The notes beneath the pieces were generated by a model that had not been told where the DNA came from, searched no databases, and saw only the letters and a list, made by a program, of their open reading frames with translations. Made by a program: the position numbers and the translations under genes. A stretch of DNA of 62,115 bases, filler included, from Choristocarpus tenellus KU-1152 (taxonomy: Eukaryota; Protista; Phaeophyceae): assembly GCA_964200185.2 (NCBI GenBank). It is 10 parts of 10 records of this genome, joined end to end, with 100 filler letters (N's around TTAATTAATTAA, not from the genome) between each part and the next. Parts side by side here need not be neighbours in the genome. Positions count along the whole stretch, not along the records: positions 1 to 19,898 come from CAXNAD020000435.1; 9 more parts are not named here. The stretch is one strand, 5' to 3'. Shown in pieces: positions 1 to 14,394 of the stretch. Within the stretch, counting starts at the first letter, position 1; each line of letters starts with the position of its first letter.

Positions 1-323
1 GGGGGGGGGGGAGGGCAAAGGGTGGGAATTGCTTGCCAAAGCTTGAGAGTGGAATTGGGATGATTGACAATTACTATGGGGTATTGGAATTGGAACATTG
101 ATGAGTTACTATCGGTGGCAGTTGCTTACTTCCAGGATTCATTTGCACATCCAATTTCTTAGCAAACAGGACCACTTCCACAACAACAAAAATAGCTAAG
201 AGGGCAAGCCATGCATGAATTAGGTGAAAAGGGCCAAAAAGGGGGATAGCATCATACAGTAGAAAAGCAAGGTGGGCATCACAATGGGGCTGTTTCGGTT
301 GGGAAAAGGGGAGAGACACTCAC

Positions 324-3300
324 CCCAAGCTTGCGACAGCCCCTAATAAAGGCACGGAGATGTACGAGCTCAAGCAATGCCGCTGAGCCCTCCTGCTCCT
401 GCTGGAGTTTTGTGGGTTCAACACAATGTACATGTAAGTGCTTTGGTGCAGGAAGGATCATTTGGCAGAGATCACTGTATGAACAAAATAAAATATTCGC
501 AAAAATATGCTCAACGACCCATATTTCCCAGTACTTCACACCAAGCTTTAGGACTATTCCTATCTACACCCCCCCAAAGGCCAAAAATGAGGAAACAAGG
601 ATAATGATTATAATTATTCGAAGAGTTGAATCTTATCAAGCTTGCCGTCCTTTGCATAAAAAAAAAGAGTTTTGCAGAGAGGGTTTTCGGACAGTCACAG
701 TTTCTCATTACAAAGCAATACTAGAGAAAAAAAAGTCTTCTTGGAGGGTCCACAACAGTGGTCATCAATATATATATATATATATATATATAAATATATA
801 AATACCCCAACAGTTGGTGCTCCGACCTATGATAGACTTCTCCATTCAACTTCACTCAACTAATCACGATATGCAAACTCTCCTACACAGGTAGGTATCT
901 AATCAGAGGCAGGCAGGCAACACACAAACACAAACGTTAACACTACAAACATAACCCAAAGGCCAACCAACGCCGAAGTCTTCCCTACACTCACCCATAA
1001 CGAATCCTCCCAAGATCCCGTCACAGCCCGGAGCAGTCGGCATAGCACTTTCCCATCCTTCAGGATCCCCCCAAGTCCCAGCCCATGCCCAAACTGCAGG
1101 GACTTGAACCCTGTCCTCTTTTTACTAGACAGCACACACTGGATCCACTCTCTTGCAGCGTCGTCTGTTGGGAGTTCATCCATTACACTCCATTTCTCCT
1201 CATCCCTCCCATCGCCCGTCTCCATCCCAATGTCTCCACTTGCAATGCCCATCAACTGTGTGCACCCCCCCCCCCCCACCCCCGCCCCCCCACCCCCCCC
1301 ACCCCCCCCGCCCAACCCCTCCCCCCCCCCCCCCCCCTCATCGCCGAACCACCAGCTACGACACCATCATCGTCTGACTCTTCCTCCTCAGACATCAAAA
1401 CTTCCATTCCCCTCCTGGTCACATTATTCACCTCTTCTCGGGGGCCAACCCTGGGCTTGGCGGCCGATGAGGCTTTAGGCCCCCTCCGCAATACAGACCC
1501 AAGACCAAGGGATGATACCACAAATCCCTTCAATCGAGAGCGGCGTCGTTGACGATGTTTCTTCTCCTCTGACACACCATCACCTGGTGATGTTTGCGCT
1601 GGCAATGGTTGGCGCTTGTCATTACTTTCTATTTCCTTGACCTCATCCCCCTGAGTATGGATGTGGAGAGGAGGGGGGACAACTTGAGTCAAGATTCTGT
1701 TTATACCGATAGGACATGCACTCTTTCCCCTTGTGGTCTGTGCAACGTGCAGTGATGAGCTAGGTTTGAGGGGATCGATTGGGGGTGGGGGGTTGTGAAA
1801 AGAGGAGAAGAAAAACAAAGAGAGACAAAAACGACCATTACAATCTGTGATATACCAAAGGGTTCAGGTATAGTGGTGAGGGAGACACATGAAGGCCTCC
1901 AAAGTAATTGCGTTAGTTACAGAACGGGCAAGGGCTCGCAATAAACAATATCCTCATCAAGAATTATGCACACACACATGTGTACTGACACCCTCAACCA
2001 ACACACTCCTCTATACCTATCTTTATATTAAAAAATTCCACCATATCCAACACACTCCTTTTGAAAATCTCCAACCGAAGAATGTAACACTGTGCCTTTT
2101 TTTTTTTTTTTAAACTGACCACTCCCTCATTTACCCCTATCAAGTCTGCCCCCCCCCCCCACCCCCCTCCCCCGCCACTGGTTGTGCAACAAATTCATAA
2201 TGGAACAAAGGTTCAAGAGCGCTGTAATATCTCAAGAGCTGGTTGGCACATAACCTACACCTTACGAGCCAAAGTATGTTAGAGGGTAGGGCCGCGTCCA
2301 TTTGGGGGTCAAGATCAAATGCTGCAATTTCGATGTATTTTCGGTTATTGTGTTTGCTAGGAAGTGTCAATACCCTTGTTCCGAACACACCTTTTCATAA
2401 CGTATAATTTCGGAGTAGGAAAATGTCATTAAAAAAAACATGGGAAGCCAAGCCCCAAATGGACAAAAAGGGCAAAACTCGTACCCTCTAAGATACTTTC
2501 ACTCTTACCATGGAACACAAAACTCCACTAAAGTGATGAATGAAATCCTACAGGCGAGAGATTCAAAACAAAAACTCACCACTGCACAGAACCTGCAACC
2601 CCCGTTCCCCATCCACAACAGTTGCCAAGAAGCCTTGCAAGTGATGACAACAACGCAAGCTAAGAAGGAAGGAGGTAACACAAGGAAAATTTTCCATCCT
2701 CTCGTGACCTTTGTATGCCACTTTCCAAAATCCTGAATCAGTCAACCATTGTCAATCCTGATATCTGAAATGTATACGAGTGACTCTTACCGGATCCCGA
2801 GAGCGGCGCATTGGCAGGAAATAAGACAGTTTCAATCCTCTCAGGAACCTCCTCCTCCTCCTCCGTAACCTCCGTCTGTCTTTGCCCCCACCTTCACTCC
2901 CACAGTTGCTTGCTGCCCTACTGAAAGACTTGGTCTTGTTGGAGTTTCTCCCTGGACTACTACTTGAGCTAGATCGTTCAGGGCTATAGCCAAGCCACTC
3001 ACTGTTGTTACTACTTGAAATGGGTGAATCTACAGACACTCCTACAGGCATGCTTCGTGTTCTCCTGGATATTTGTTCGTGAGGATTTGGGGGGGGAAGG
3101 GAGGCATGGAAATGACAGCCGAGATTATTATTATTATTGGAGTATTGACAGCGGTTCAAAATGAACGGGATGACTAAGCTGGCCTCGCACCAAACCCACT
3201 ATGAGGAGGACCTTCTCTTCATGGCTTGCAATGTTGTATGCGTTGTTTGTTGTTAGAGGCGGTCAAGATAACCACACTCTCTCAAGTACACACTCTGTGA

Positions 3301-6300
3301 AGTACGCCTCAAAGGTCACTATGAAGTATGCAGTCATATAACAAAAACGGACCTTGGGATATTTATTAGGAATTTTCGTCAATGCAGGTGGTCACAACTC
3401 GGGATCATTGATTCAATGGCAATTTATGTGTGTAAATTAAAAATTTAACCTCTTTGAACTCCGCCACAATGCACACCTCTCACTAAACAATAATAATAAT
3501 AATAATAATAATAAGCAGTAATCGCCCTTCCCCTTGTGCGTAAAAGAGTATTGGAGGGGATAGCTGCAAGGACTTATCGATGATAGTCTCAAAAGTCTAA
3601 GATAAATAAAATTGAAGAAAGAGTTAAGTCCGCCAGGACAACAGGCCACTCGTGTCTTAGATGTCAACAGAATGAACGTAGTACTGCTATGAACAAAATA
3701 TTGTTGCAGAATCATAGGACAGCAGCAAGACCATATGAGATGTGTCCACCTTAACCTTAAGGTTTGGTTCCACACATGTCAGTACAGGGAGTAAACAATA
3801 ACAAAGGAAGGAGATAAATATGAGGAACAGACAGAATGGGGCAACATATATATATATATATATACATATACATATTACTGATTGATTAGATGGGAGGACG
3901 AACACAGTCCTGTTTCTCATGTTAGCCACCAGAAAAATCCACTGTCTTGGAACTACTTGCAATGAGAGAAACAAAATCCTTTTTTTTTTAAGACAAGAAG
4001 AAAATGCTGAAAACATGCTACATGGTGCTTGGGACAAATGCAAACTCACACAAAACACCCCCCGCATGCAATTTCTTTTCTTGTTCACTGTTCACTACAC
4101 TATAGAGTAGTTACTACTACATCGCACCTTCCTGACCAGAACATTCCCCACGGCTTCTTCGTGGTGCTTTTAGCTGATACAAAGGACAAGCGGTGCCTCA
4201 GGCTCCTGCTCCTGTTTCGCCATGCTGACTTCATTCCAATCTTTACACTACCTGGAGTGCTCAAAGCCTCCGGCACTCCCCCATACCCCTCTGAGCTGCT
4301 GGTCAAGCTTCCCAGATCCTCCTCATCTGACAGCATGTCCCATGACAACTCCCCTGATGCCTCACCTGATGCTTGGGCTGATTTGTGTAACACTATTTCA
4401 CGAGGTTCTTGATTGTTATCTTCCCCTTCCCCCTCAACGCCATCGGAGCTGTCCTCTTCCTCCAGCTCCTCCAGCTCCTCTGACTCCTCCAACTTCAACA
4501 CTGAACCCACCCCCATCCGGTGCTTTTCACCCCTCCCAGGAGGAGGCGTCTGTGCTCCCACTCTCCAATCCTGAAACGCTGCATCACCCCCCCCCCCTCC
4601 TTCTCCACCTCCATCTATCAGACTTGGAGACAATGTTACTGAAGGAGACACCTGCCGCCTCTCAGGAGATGTCCACATAGGCATCACAGTTGAAGCAGGG
4701 GATGTCCCTAAGAAGCCTTCACTTCGGACTGATGATCCTCCCGACGCACCAGGCGTATTGGTGGATGCAACATTGATTTTGTTCGTATCCTTTGACAAGC
4801 TCCATCCCTCTCCGCGCATGGCCTTGGCTCCAGCAGCCACTGCGGCATCCGCTGCCCTGCTGAATCTCCTGTGATTATGCGTTACTGGTGGTGACGGATG
4901 AGGAGTATTTGCTGCTGTTGCTGCCTTCCTTGCTCCTCCTTCATACATGGCCTCAGTATAGTCAATACTACTTACCTTAAGTCCTTTCAATTCTTCAACC
5001 TCCCGAGCTTCTCCCCCCACCTTGGTGCCATCTTCCTCACTTCCGCCCCAGCCCCCTTCCCCTTCCCTCTTCCCCAAGGAACTTTCCTTGTCTACCATGA
5101 GATTGATGGCAGCCTCAACGACCCCCAATGCTTGCGCCTGTATGTCCATGGAGGGGGATCTATCCTGTGAAAACGATAACCTCTTCTGGTTCACGGATTC
5201 TTGTTGCTGACAGCATCCCTCTTGCTGTGGTGACAATGGTATCGGTGGTGACTGACACAACTGACTCGGCTCATGCTGCACATAGATGGGATATGGGCAT
5301 AGGGAGCATCGGCAAGGCAAAACAAAGGCAAAACAAACGATCAATATTACATCTTCATGCTGATGGATCACAGTGTACAGCCTCCAACAGAGATGGGACT
5401 GGGGGAGGAAAGGGAATACAAGTTGGGCACCAAAAACAAGGTTGAGTATGTTGTAAACACATGTCACTGCTCCAGAGTCCTCAGAGATCACAGAACATCA
5501 AAATGTCTTCAAAAAAAGTCAAAGAGGACCCACTGCTATGTATGGCACTTCATATTTCAAGAAATAACAGGCAAATCAATAGTTCACACAGGAAAGGAAC
5601 ACAGAAGGTACACCCCAAAAAGTCAATATTGGGGGAGGCACCTTTTGACCTTGTGAGACAACAGCATCCTTCTTATACAAATCTTTTTTACAAACCTTGA
5701 TGTGGTATTTCAATTGATTGCAAGAAAAAGATAATTTAACCGACTCTTTCAGCAGGGAGAAAAGAAAATTGACATCTTAGACCTGAGAGTGCAAATGCTT
5801 GGATGCCACTTCAAAATTCTATATTCTCACGTTCAAATCTTGGATTTTTGGGACAGTAAAATTACCATTCTTACAACATCAGTATCTCAGACAGCACTAG
5901 CATGAGCTCCTCAGCCAATGAGCAAATCTTCTTTGAACAAAAATCAAGTTCCTTTGGAGCCAATATTTCTTCTCTTCTTTTCCCCAAGGCCTTATCCAGA
6001 ATTCTACAAAACATGTAACAATCTTCAAAACATACAATGATGGCCACCTCCCCTCCCAACCAGAATGCGTGCAAAAAGCACAAAACAGCAAAAAAAACAA
6101 AGAAAAAAAAACAGCCCTTACCTCTTGAGCAAAACCTTTCAAATATATGAGCCTCACTTACAACAAAATACACCCCGACAAAGGGCTCAAGACCCCCACC
6201 ACAACAGAACACAAATTGGTACAAGGGATCCCAAAATGGGAGCTGTGAACAACAGCAGGGAGGGGGAGGGTAGGAGTTGGAAACACACCTGCACTTGATG

Positions 6301-9300
6301 GACGCAACTGCTGTCCACTGAATCACTATCTGGGGCATCCCCAGACTCATCCTCCATCTCACAACTGGTATCAATCACAAGAGTCTTCTGCTTTCCTCCA
6401 TTTGTCCGGCCAACATCACTGCTGGCTTCATCTCCCACCTTCAGTGCTTCCTTTACTTCCGCAGGTGTCTCCTCTTCTATCACTCCTCCTGAAGCTGCCC
6501 CTCCCCCCAATAAAAAGGAATCGTTTCCTATTGGTGACTCAGATACCATTGGTGACCTCTCTGGGTCATAATCCCATATTGAATCCCCCGATGCAACTCC
6601 TGAGAGAGTAAGTTTTGCCCTTGTCACTTCAGAGGGTGTCCTATCCACTTGCAATGAATTTTGGTCAGGGGGCATACTCTGTGATTTTCTTTTCCTTGCC
6701 CCCTCCATTTGTTGCTCTCTCTCTTTCACTACAAAAAAGAAGGTCAGGGGGGAGGAGGTGTGCAGGAACTCAATGATAGAGTGTTACAGATTGAGAGGAA
6801 AAATCCACGGAAAAAAAATGAAAGGGATCCATTTTTCAAGAACAGTGCCTCCAATCATGCAGACAAGCAGGCATTCCATGGGTTACAACACATCCGAGGA
6901 GGTCTAGCGACATATGAAAAAAATCAATGATTTGTCAAAGGCTTGTAACAGAGTTACCATGATACACCCTCAGTTGCAAAAGGTGAACTCTTCAACATAA
7001 TACATCAATCTCACCTGCCGTGCATTCATCAGGATGGGGAAATTCAGGTGATGATGTGATAGGCTCCACCAGTGGTTTTGCAGATTTGAGCTTCTCCTCA
7101 GATTTCTCTTCCCTCACCTCACCTACCACACGAACATTTTCAGTCATAAGAGGAAGCGATGCATTCCCAACACTTTGCACCCCTGCCCCAATCAATGCAG
7201 ACGGAGTAGATATCACTTGTCCTTCCCTCACTCCCAAGTCATCCTCTCCTTTTGACACACCTCGCACATCCAGTTCAATGGTATCGCCCTCCACAGCAAA
7301 CACTGCAATATGCTGTGTGCCTTTTAAATCCTCTCCACAGGCTCCATCTTCCCTTTCCACACTTCCAGAGGGGAGAACCTTAGACGCTACTGTGGAGGAA
7401 GTCACTGGCTCTGGCACTGGCTCTGGCACTGGCACTGGCTCTAGCACTGGCACTGGCACTGTGGGCACTGATGAACTCCCCAGCAAATTTTGGTTTTCTC
7501 TCCCATCAGATGGACGCCTTTCTGTCAAGGAAACAGTTTCTGGAGCTTCTGGTGGCACAGATCTGAGTACACCTTCAAGCTCCTTTCCCCTGTTCTTTCT
7601 ACCCCCTGTCCCTAACCTTTCAAAGGGAATGGCTGCATCTGTATCCGTATTTGAAGCACCTGCACTTTTGGGAGACACGAGACCTTTGCTCTCTGAAGTA
7701 GAAAGTTCATCAGCCCCACTAGACAGTTCAGGAAATTCCTTAGAATGAGCAGAGGCATTAACAGCAGTTGACATTGAGTTGCAGGATGAGCCCTCCACAA
7801 CATCTCCTGTATCAGGTGGAATAGTCCCTAACATGAAGGGTGCCCTTTTCCCCTCCGATTTCCTACATCCACCCTTGCCCCCTGAGGCATCATCCTTCAC
7901 ATCCCCTTCCGATGCCCTTCGCTGCTCAGGCTTGGGAGGATCGCCTTGAAAAATGTTCCATACCTCCCACCATGGTCTTTCACCTCCCACCTTCTGAACA
8001 GAGGCAGTTGAGACATTGGCCCCAACAACATCTTTCAGTGCAGGAGTGGCAGGGTTAGGACTTTTTCCTTTTGAATCTTCCCCTGTTACTTTGCTGGTAC
8101 TGCCAACAGACAGAGTGGCAAGGTCATCGTGCTTAATCTCACGGACTCCTTCCATCCCACTCAGCATAGTGCTTGCCTTTGCAGTAGAGTTGGGCTTCTC
8201 AATTGGCACCCCTGATGCCTTCACCCGAACTGTACCATTGACCTTCACTATGCTGCTGTCCCCAGTTGTAGAGGAGGAGAGGGGCGAAGAGACTGCCTTT
8301 GTGACAGCAGCACTATCAACAGGCAAAGATGGATCTCGTGCTCTCTCCTCCTGCACAGAGCTTTTCCTGCCATCCCTTGGTACTGACTTATTTTGATCTC
8401 GATCTCCCCCTGTAATCATTTGCCACCAGGATCCAATGCCTTGTGGCTTTTCGGGAGGTAACCTCTCTTTGGTAGCAGTGGCCTGGTCAACAAAAGGAAA
8501 ATCCCTTCCAGGATTCCTAGACTCCACCTTCTCTTCTACAGGCGAGGCCTTTGTTTGTCTTGTTCGCGTAATGTCCGACGTTTCTGCCTCACCTTCACTC
8601 ACCCTTTGTCCTATCTTAGCCCGCGTTGGGGTAGTGGCAGGAGACCTTGCTAATGGGGGCAATCCTTTTTCCAAGCCATTTTTTTGCAGTCCTGTGCCTT
8701 CAGGCAAGCAACGTTGATTATCACTCTCTCCCACTACAGCCTTTGGTCCAGATAATCCCCCCTCCCCAGATAGGCTGTCCTGACCCACATCTCTAGCCTC
8801 CCTGCTCGGTAAGTCCCGTGCCCCACCCAGCTCAGTATTACTTTTGATATACCTCTTTTCACCCCCACCTACCCCACCCACCCCACCCCCCGTAGTTGCT
8901 TTTCTTTGAACAGCGTCCTGAGCCTTCGTATAGAGGGACATGGCCGCAGGGGTCTGTTCGATTTCCACCGCCTGCACCAGGACGGCCAAGGCTTCCTCCT
9001 CATGCCCACCACAGCGCAGATACGATTTTCCTAGGCAAAGGTAGTGCGTCTGGCAGGTAGGGGCGAGCTCTATTGCCCGAGTGAAGCCGACGATAGCATT
9101 CTCGTACAGGCCTGAACATTCCAAAGCAGTTCGCATTCGACTTAGTATTATGATTGATATATGTATCACGAAGTGTGAGTCAAGTTCAAATTAAAAGGGG
9201 GAAAGGTACAAAGTGGAAGCGAGTGCAGAAGATTGCACAAAGCAGGTGCTCCAGGGAACGAACATGCTTCTCATTAACGTTCCAAAACAACAGCTACACG

Positions 9301-10861
9301 CGGTTCCAATACAGGACACTCCTATAAGCGCTAGCAAAGCATTGACTTTTCCAAAAATGATGTTTGTAGGAAGGATTCTCTCAAACCTCACCAAGTCGAA
9401 ATTGTGCTGTGGAGAGATTTGCGATGTACAGAGACTCCCATGGTGACCCTGGATTTGTTCGCAAAGCCATCTCGAAACAACTGCTTGCTGTGAGATAGTC
9501 GTAGAAGGACAGGTATAGGTTACCTGGGCCAAGTTAAGGGTATCATTGTAAGTAAGGTAAGAGACACTTTTCCGGTGAAAAGTCTAGGATAAACGGGATA
9601 CAACCCTCTTCGACAGCATAAAATACCGAGTTTACACTATAATAGACCAGACCCACCTTTGTCATTCCAATGTTCTGCCTCAACATCATGGTTCTCGGCA
9701 CCCTCCTCGTAGGTTTCCTCATTCCTTGGAGGATCACTATCAGAGAGAGGTACACCATTAGACATAGTCATTGCAGGTGTTTGAATACCTAGGAGCCTTA
9801 ACCCAAGATCACTCGAGTTTCACACCCTCAAACACACCGTTAGAACTTGTACTTTACTACTCTCGTCTGTGATTTATCCACTGTCTCAACCTCTTGTTCT
9901 CCTTTTCTCATCTTCTCAAAGAAAGTAGGTCCGCACTAATTGTATTCCACTGTTCTCCGTGTTGGAAAATCTTAACTGAATGTTTATTTGTTATGTTTTT
10001 TGTATGCGGAATTGATGGTCTATGACCTTGGTACGACGATACCAATATGAGTTAGATTTATTGAAATATATGCATAGTTTTTATTGGTTTCCCCCCTGAC
10101 ACATCTGCAAAATGTCAAAAACATAATAATAAAATATATGATAGCATGTGGTTGTGATTGAAGGTGTGATTGGAGATAGAAGAACAAGAAATCAGTGGTG
10201 ATCAGAGAAACAACATATCTTTGAACCTTTTCCAGTCAAACAGAGAATCTTCTGATGTGGTATCATGTTAAAAAATTTGGTTAGGCTGTCTTTCCAATAT
10301 TTTGACGTTGTATTAACTCTTTCTACTGATATCGGCACCAATAAATTTGTTTGTGTTGAGGAACGAGGGAACCACAGGTTAATATGACCTTTTTTATTCC
10401 GCAAAGCAAAAGTTGGGAGAATTATAGTGCGGAGTAATGACACAAATTGTTAGCCCAAGATTATTACATCACACATATTCCGTTTAAATTAGAAGGACGA
10501 ATTTTGGTGGTAGTTCAGTATGCAAAGTAGTTGGGATGGTCCATACAACTATTATTACTACTACTATTGTCCCAAAGGATTAAAAAATGAATCCAAACAC
10601 CACTTCACCACAAAAAGCCACATACCCTATTATAAAACCGAGTTTTACTGGTTTTATCGACGACGTTGGCTCAAAGACTAGAACCATATTAACATGTATA
10701 CCCCCTTGTTCAGACGTTATATCGATCTTCCGAGCATATAGTCTGTTGATCGTGATTTCCTGTGGTTTGTGCTGGCCAAATATGGCATACCTCTCAAGAT
10801 TATATTTGTCACCCAGCAATTGTTGAACGCTCGAGCCTTCTTCAATATCTGCTTCAGACAT
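324..10861 (-). CDS. Large multi-exon protein: N-terminal TPR motifs, long low-complexity region, C-terminal calponin-homology (CH) domain; 3' end lies beyond the window start
   Basis: Phase-consistent GT-AG exons: 10861-10791 (MSEADIEE..LE), 9736-9657 (..EAEHWNDK), 9111-7015 (GLYENAIVGFTRAIELAPTCQTHYLCLGKSYL..EEALAVLVQAVEIE, TPR-like), 6728-6289, 5275-4128, 3064-2791, 1650-995, 401-324. The last two exons give AREWIQCVL..LKDGKVLCRLL..LRAFIRGCRKLG, matching the CH consensus. One frameshift lies in the poly-C tract at about 1260-1340. Confidence 0.8.
2266..2504 (+). mobile_element. Non-autonomous TIR element (MITE family A, Sola2-like)
   Basis: Termini GAGCCAAAGTAT / ATACTTTCACTC and a perfect 4-bp TSD TTAC (2262-2265, 2505-2508); lies in an intron. 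Confidence 0.9.
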
Positions 10862-13800
10862 TTTCTTTCCAGAAAAGATTTGAGAAGAGTCAATGTCTGG
10901 GTTAGGGGGGTGGCCCTCTTTATGAGGTTTTTATGGTGCTACATCGCAGTGATTTCTCGATGGTTGACCTGCACTTTCAGGTGGTTGACGACCAGAGTTC
11001 ATATAATGTTTATATCCTATCGCCCTCCTCTCTACAGGGACGAATACTTGGGTTAGGAGCGTTTGCCGAAGTATGGGGTTTACGTAGTCACACCTTTCTT
11101 TGCACCAACCTCATAAATAGGAATTGTATATCCAGTGGCCTTCGATTCATTCCTCAAAGCCACTTCAACAATATTCCGTCTAACTTCAGATATATGCAAG
11201 TCGTAAAATATTTGTGTGTTTACTGTAGTTCTGGCGCAAGTGTTGGGGATGGGTTGTAGCTCTTCCAAAGTGAGATCAATTGGTACTCTGCGACGTCTTC
11301 AAAATGTTAGAAAAGGGGTGGTTGGACAGTATTGACATTTTATACCCTGTCGTGCGCCAGTTGCACAAAAGAGAAAAAGATATGCCCGATCTGATGGTTC
11401 ATATTGCAATAAATAATGCATATTATGCATTCTCTAATGGGAAGAGTGCTGACCAATACAAACCTTGTTCAATGGTCCACAGCAGGCAAGATATATTTGC
11501 AATTTTCTGACTGTTCTGTATTTCACCAAATCAATTTCCACTCTCTGCAATTATCGTGTTACTGCCATATGCCGTAGAGGGTTAGACCTGATAGAAGGCT
11601 TTTGGACTTTGGCGTGATTTCCGTGTTTCGCCCCAACTTCGATTAAATTTTTTGTAAAATGAGTCCCCCCCCAAAAAAGGACCACGAAAAAAATATGTCA
11701 GAAGTCAAGGCTAAGAATACAGCAAGTACTTTCGGTTAGTGGAGATCTGCAATCTCGGAGCTGTTCACAGGATATCACATTGTTGTGGCTCGCGCGACAA
11801 GTCTTCCAGGGGTCTTCAGATATCTCCAATGATCGGTGATCTGTATGTCATATATGACAAAGAAATGTGCACCCAAAATATTTTATTGTGCTTAACTTGT
11901 GGAGAAAACTCGACATGTTCCCAAATGGTGCTGCTATAATGAGTCAAAGTAGACGAGATACCCAAAGTTGCATTTTATAGATGCTGACAAGTATGTCCAA
12001 AACTCATCTACTTTGAAAAATGCGTTTAGGACATTTTCTGACTTGTGTTCATTTTTTTCAAACAATAGAGACCAATGTTCTCAAGTCAAACTTAGCACTT
12101 CATCTACCTATAGAAACATGGGTGAATTCCGAAAGATGGAAAATCTGACTGAACCTGAGTACCTCTCGTTTACTTTGTCTCCAAAATAATAACCTTCCAG
12201 ACAATTTATGCTTGAGCTGCATTATTACACTTAAACATCCCACTCCAGCAGTAGTCCAATACTTCTCCTCCTTCCTGTCCACCATGTCTCCGCTTTCCGT
12301 TTGCGAGTTCCCCAGATATCCACTCCTTTTTTGGTAGTCGCTCATCCCCCCCTGCAAACAAGGCCTCCGCTTTTGTACAGTCTACTCCATACCATCACAC
12401 CCAGTCGTTACAAAGCAGCAAGAGCATCTTTGCATGACAGAAGAATGTGATCGATTTGTTGTCGTTTTTGAAATCCGACGCAGAGTAGTAGATGTTCGTG
12501 GTGGTGGGAGTGGAGCTTGGCATAGTACACCTTATTCCTGGCAGAGTGTGCATGTCACAGAACCATCCACCATCCATCCATATAGAAGTATAATAATAAT
12601 AGGAAGACCTCCAGAAATGGAAAAAAAAAAAAATGAAATAGCTGCTTCCTATGGTTGTCCCTCCTTAGATCATACTGAGTATGTTGCTGATCTCTCCGCA
12701 AAGAAGACAACATCAATGAAAAACAATAGTCAGGAGTCCTAGAGTTCAACAGACCAAAAACACATCATCATATAACCCATCCCATGGTCTGAAAAATGTC
12801 AAGCTCGAAATGAGTTTGAGGCAAGAGAGACCTCTAATTGACAATCCCTGCAGTCTGTTTGGTGCTTGCTTGCTCACACACTGTCCACAACTACTTTTTC
12901 CAAATTCTTTTCTTCTAGCTTCTGACTGCCCCTCTTGTGTGACATGTAAATCGTTCACCAAAGAACAATCTCTGGTCCATGCAAAAATCAAACAGACTTA
13001 GAAATGAACTGGTGGTGATTCCCTCTTAGAAGTGCACAACACAGAGGGCATCGACCACACTTCTAGATGATGAAATAGATACACTGTGATACAGCCATGG
13101 ATAGTATTTAGGCACAGTAGCAGTCATCCGCGTTTCAGTATGCTGACTAGATTTCTACTCCTCTACTAGTACTTCTGAAAGTGCCATCATGATTAACATC
13201 ACAACATATATTCCAGAGTGTATGGCTCAGGCCATTGTACTTGCAACAATATTTTAGCAGAGGGCAATGATTATTAGAGCGCATTACACAATTATAGTAC
13301 CCAGTACAAAATACATGATGACATATATTTGTAAATGCTACATGTCTCTACATGCGAATATGGCTCAACATTATATTTCAAGAGATGAAAGACAGTGACA
13401 TTGTGTATTCTGGATTACAATGTGATACCTAAAAAATAATGCACAATCTCTTCAGGACCGCCCATAGACATCTTGAAGTACCCTGTACATGGCCAACACA
13501 GTACTTTAGTGGTGGTCCAGCACCTTCACAGCAAGACCAGATACTGAGACTTGAAAGGAGGTTCAGCCCCAAGAAACACAAAGTACCAAGTCTGCCACCA
13601 TATACACCGGAATACTCTTGGCGAGTAGAGGATGTCTGTACAAATTTGGTTTGGATGGTAAGGGTCGAGAGAAGTTCCTTTCCAACAAGACATCAAAAGA
13701 TCCTAACCCCCCACTCTTGTGGGCATGAAGAGAAGCACACAGGGCAGATTCTGAACGTGCAACTGCAAAAGGATTAGCATCCACCTCAAAATATGAAAAC

Positions 13801-14394
13801 CCAATACGTAGAACTTCAAACTTAGAAAAAAAAAGCCAGTGGTTACCTGCCATCTCACAGACTCTTTTGCCCATCTCTCATCAATGGTCATCACTGTACT
13901 GTGGCTTTAGAAAGGCCCTCTATATCGAATACCACAGGTGTATATACATACGGCAAAGAGAAAAAAAGAATAACCGCAATAGCCATGGCTACATTATCAA
14001 CATGGATACGCCTGTATTGATAGTGTGTGCGCGTGTGTCTCCAAAGGCAATTCCAACCCCCTTAAAACCTTGCTGACTTGACTCACACCAAGCCCACTCC
14101 TCAGTGGCCAGCAGAGCCCTCATCAGGATGGACAGAAAGGTGATGCAACATCCATACCACCTAATAACTTTTCAGTGTGTGGTAACCACTCTTCAGCCAC
14201 CGAAAAGGGCACACCCATTCCCGAAGCAAGTCCTCTTAGCATCTGTCATTAGGATGTCAAAAGCATGGAGTAGGGGGTGGATGTGTACTTCGAGACTGAA
14301 ATTACTTTCAAGCTTTAAAAAACTCAAAAGGATTCTAAACTCCAAGACAACACCTGTTCCCAACACAACCCCAGTGCTTCCTTTCACATCCCAC

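Noticed and set aside
7403-7470. 6/12-bp tandem repeat
   Set aside because: Ordinary coding repeat (PVPE) within the disordered exon.
7020-8717. Plus-strand ORFs of 93-242 aa
   Set aside because: Antisense shadows of the large minus-strand exon.
11000-14390. Final ABC1 exon or a separate gene (e.g. ORF 12434-12742)
   Set aside because: No exon with both convincing splice sites and recognisable homology could be identified.
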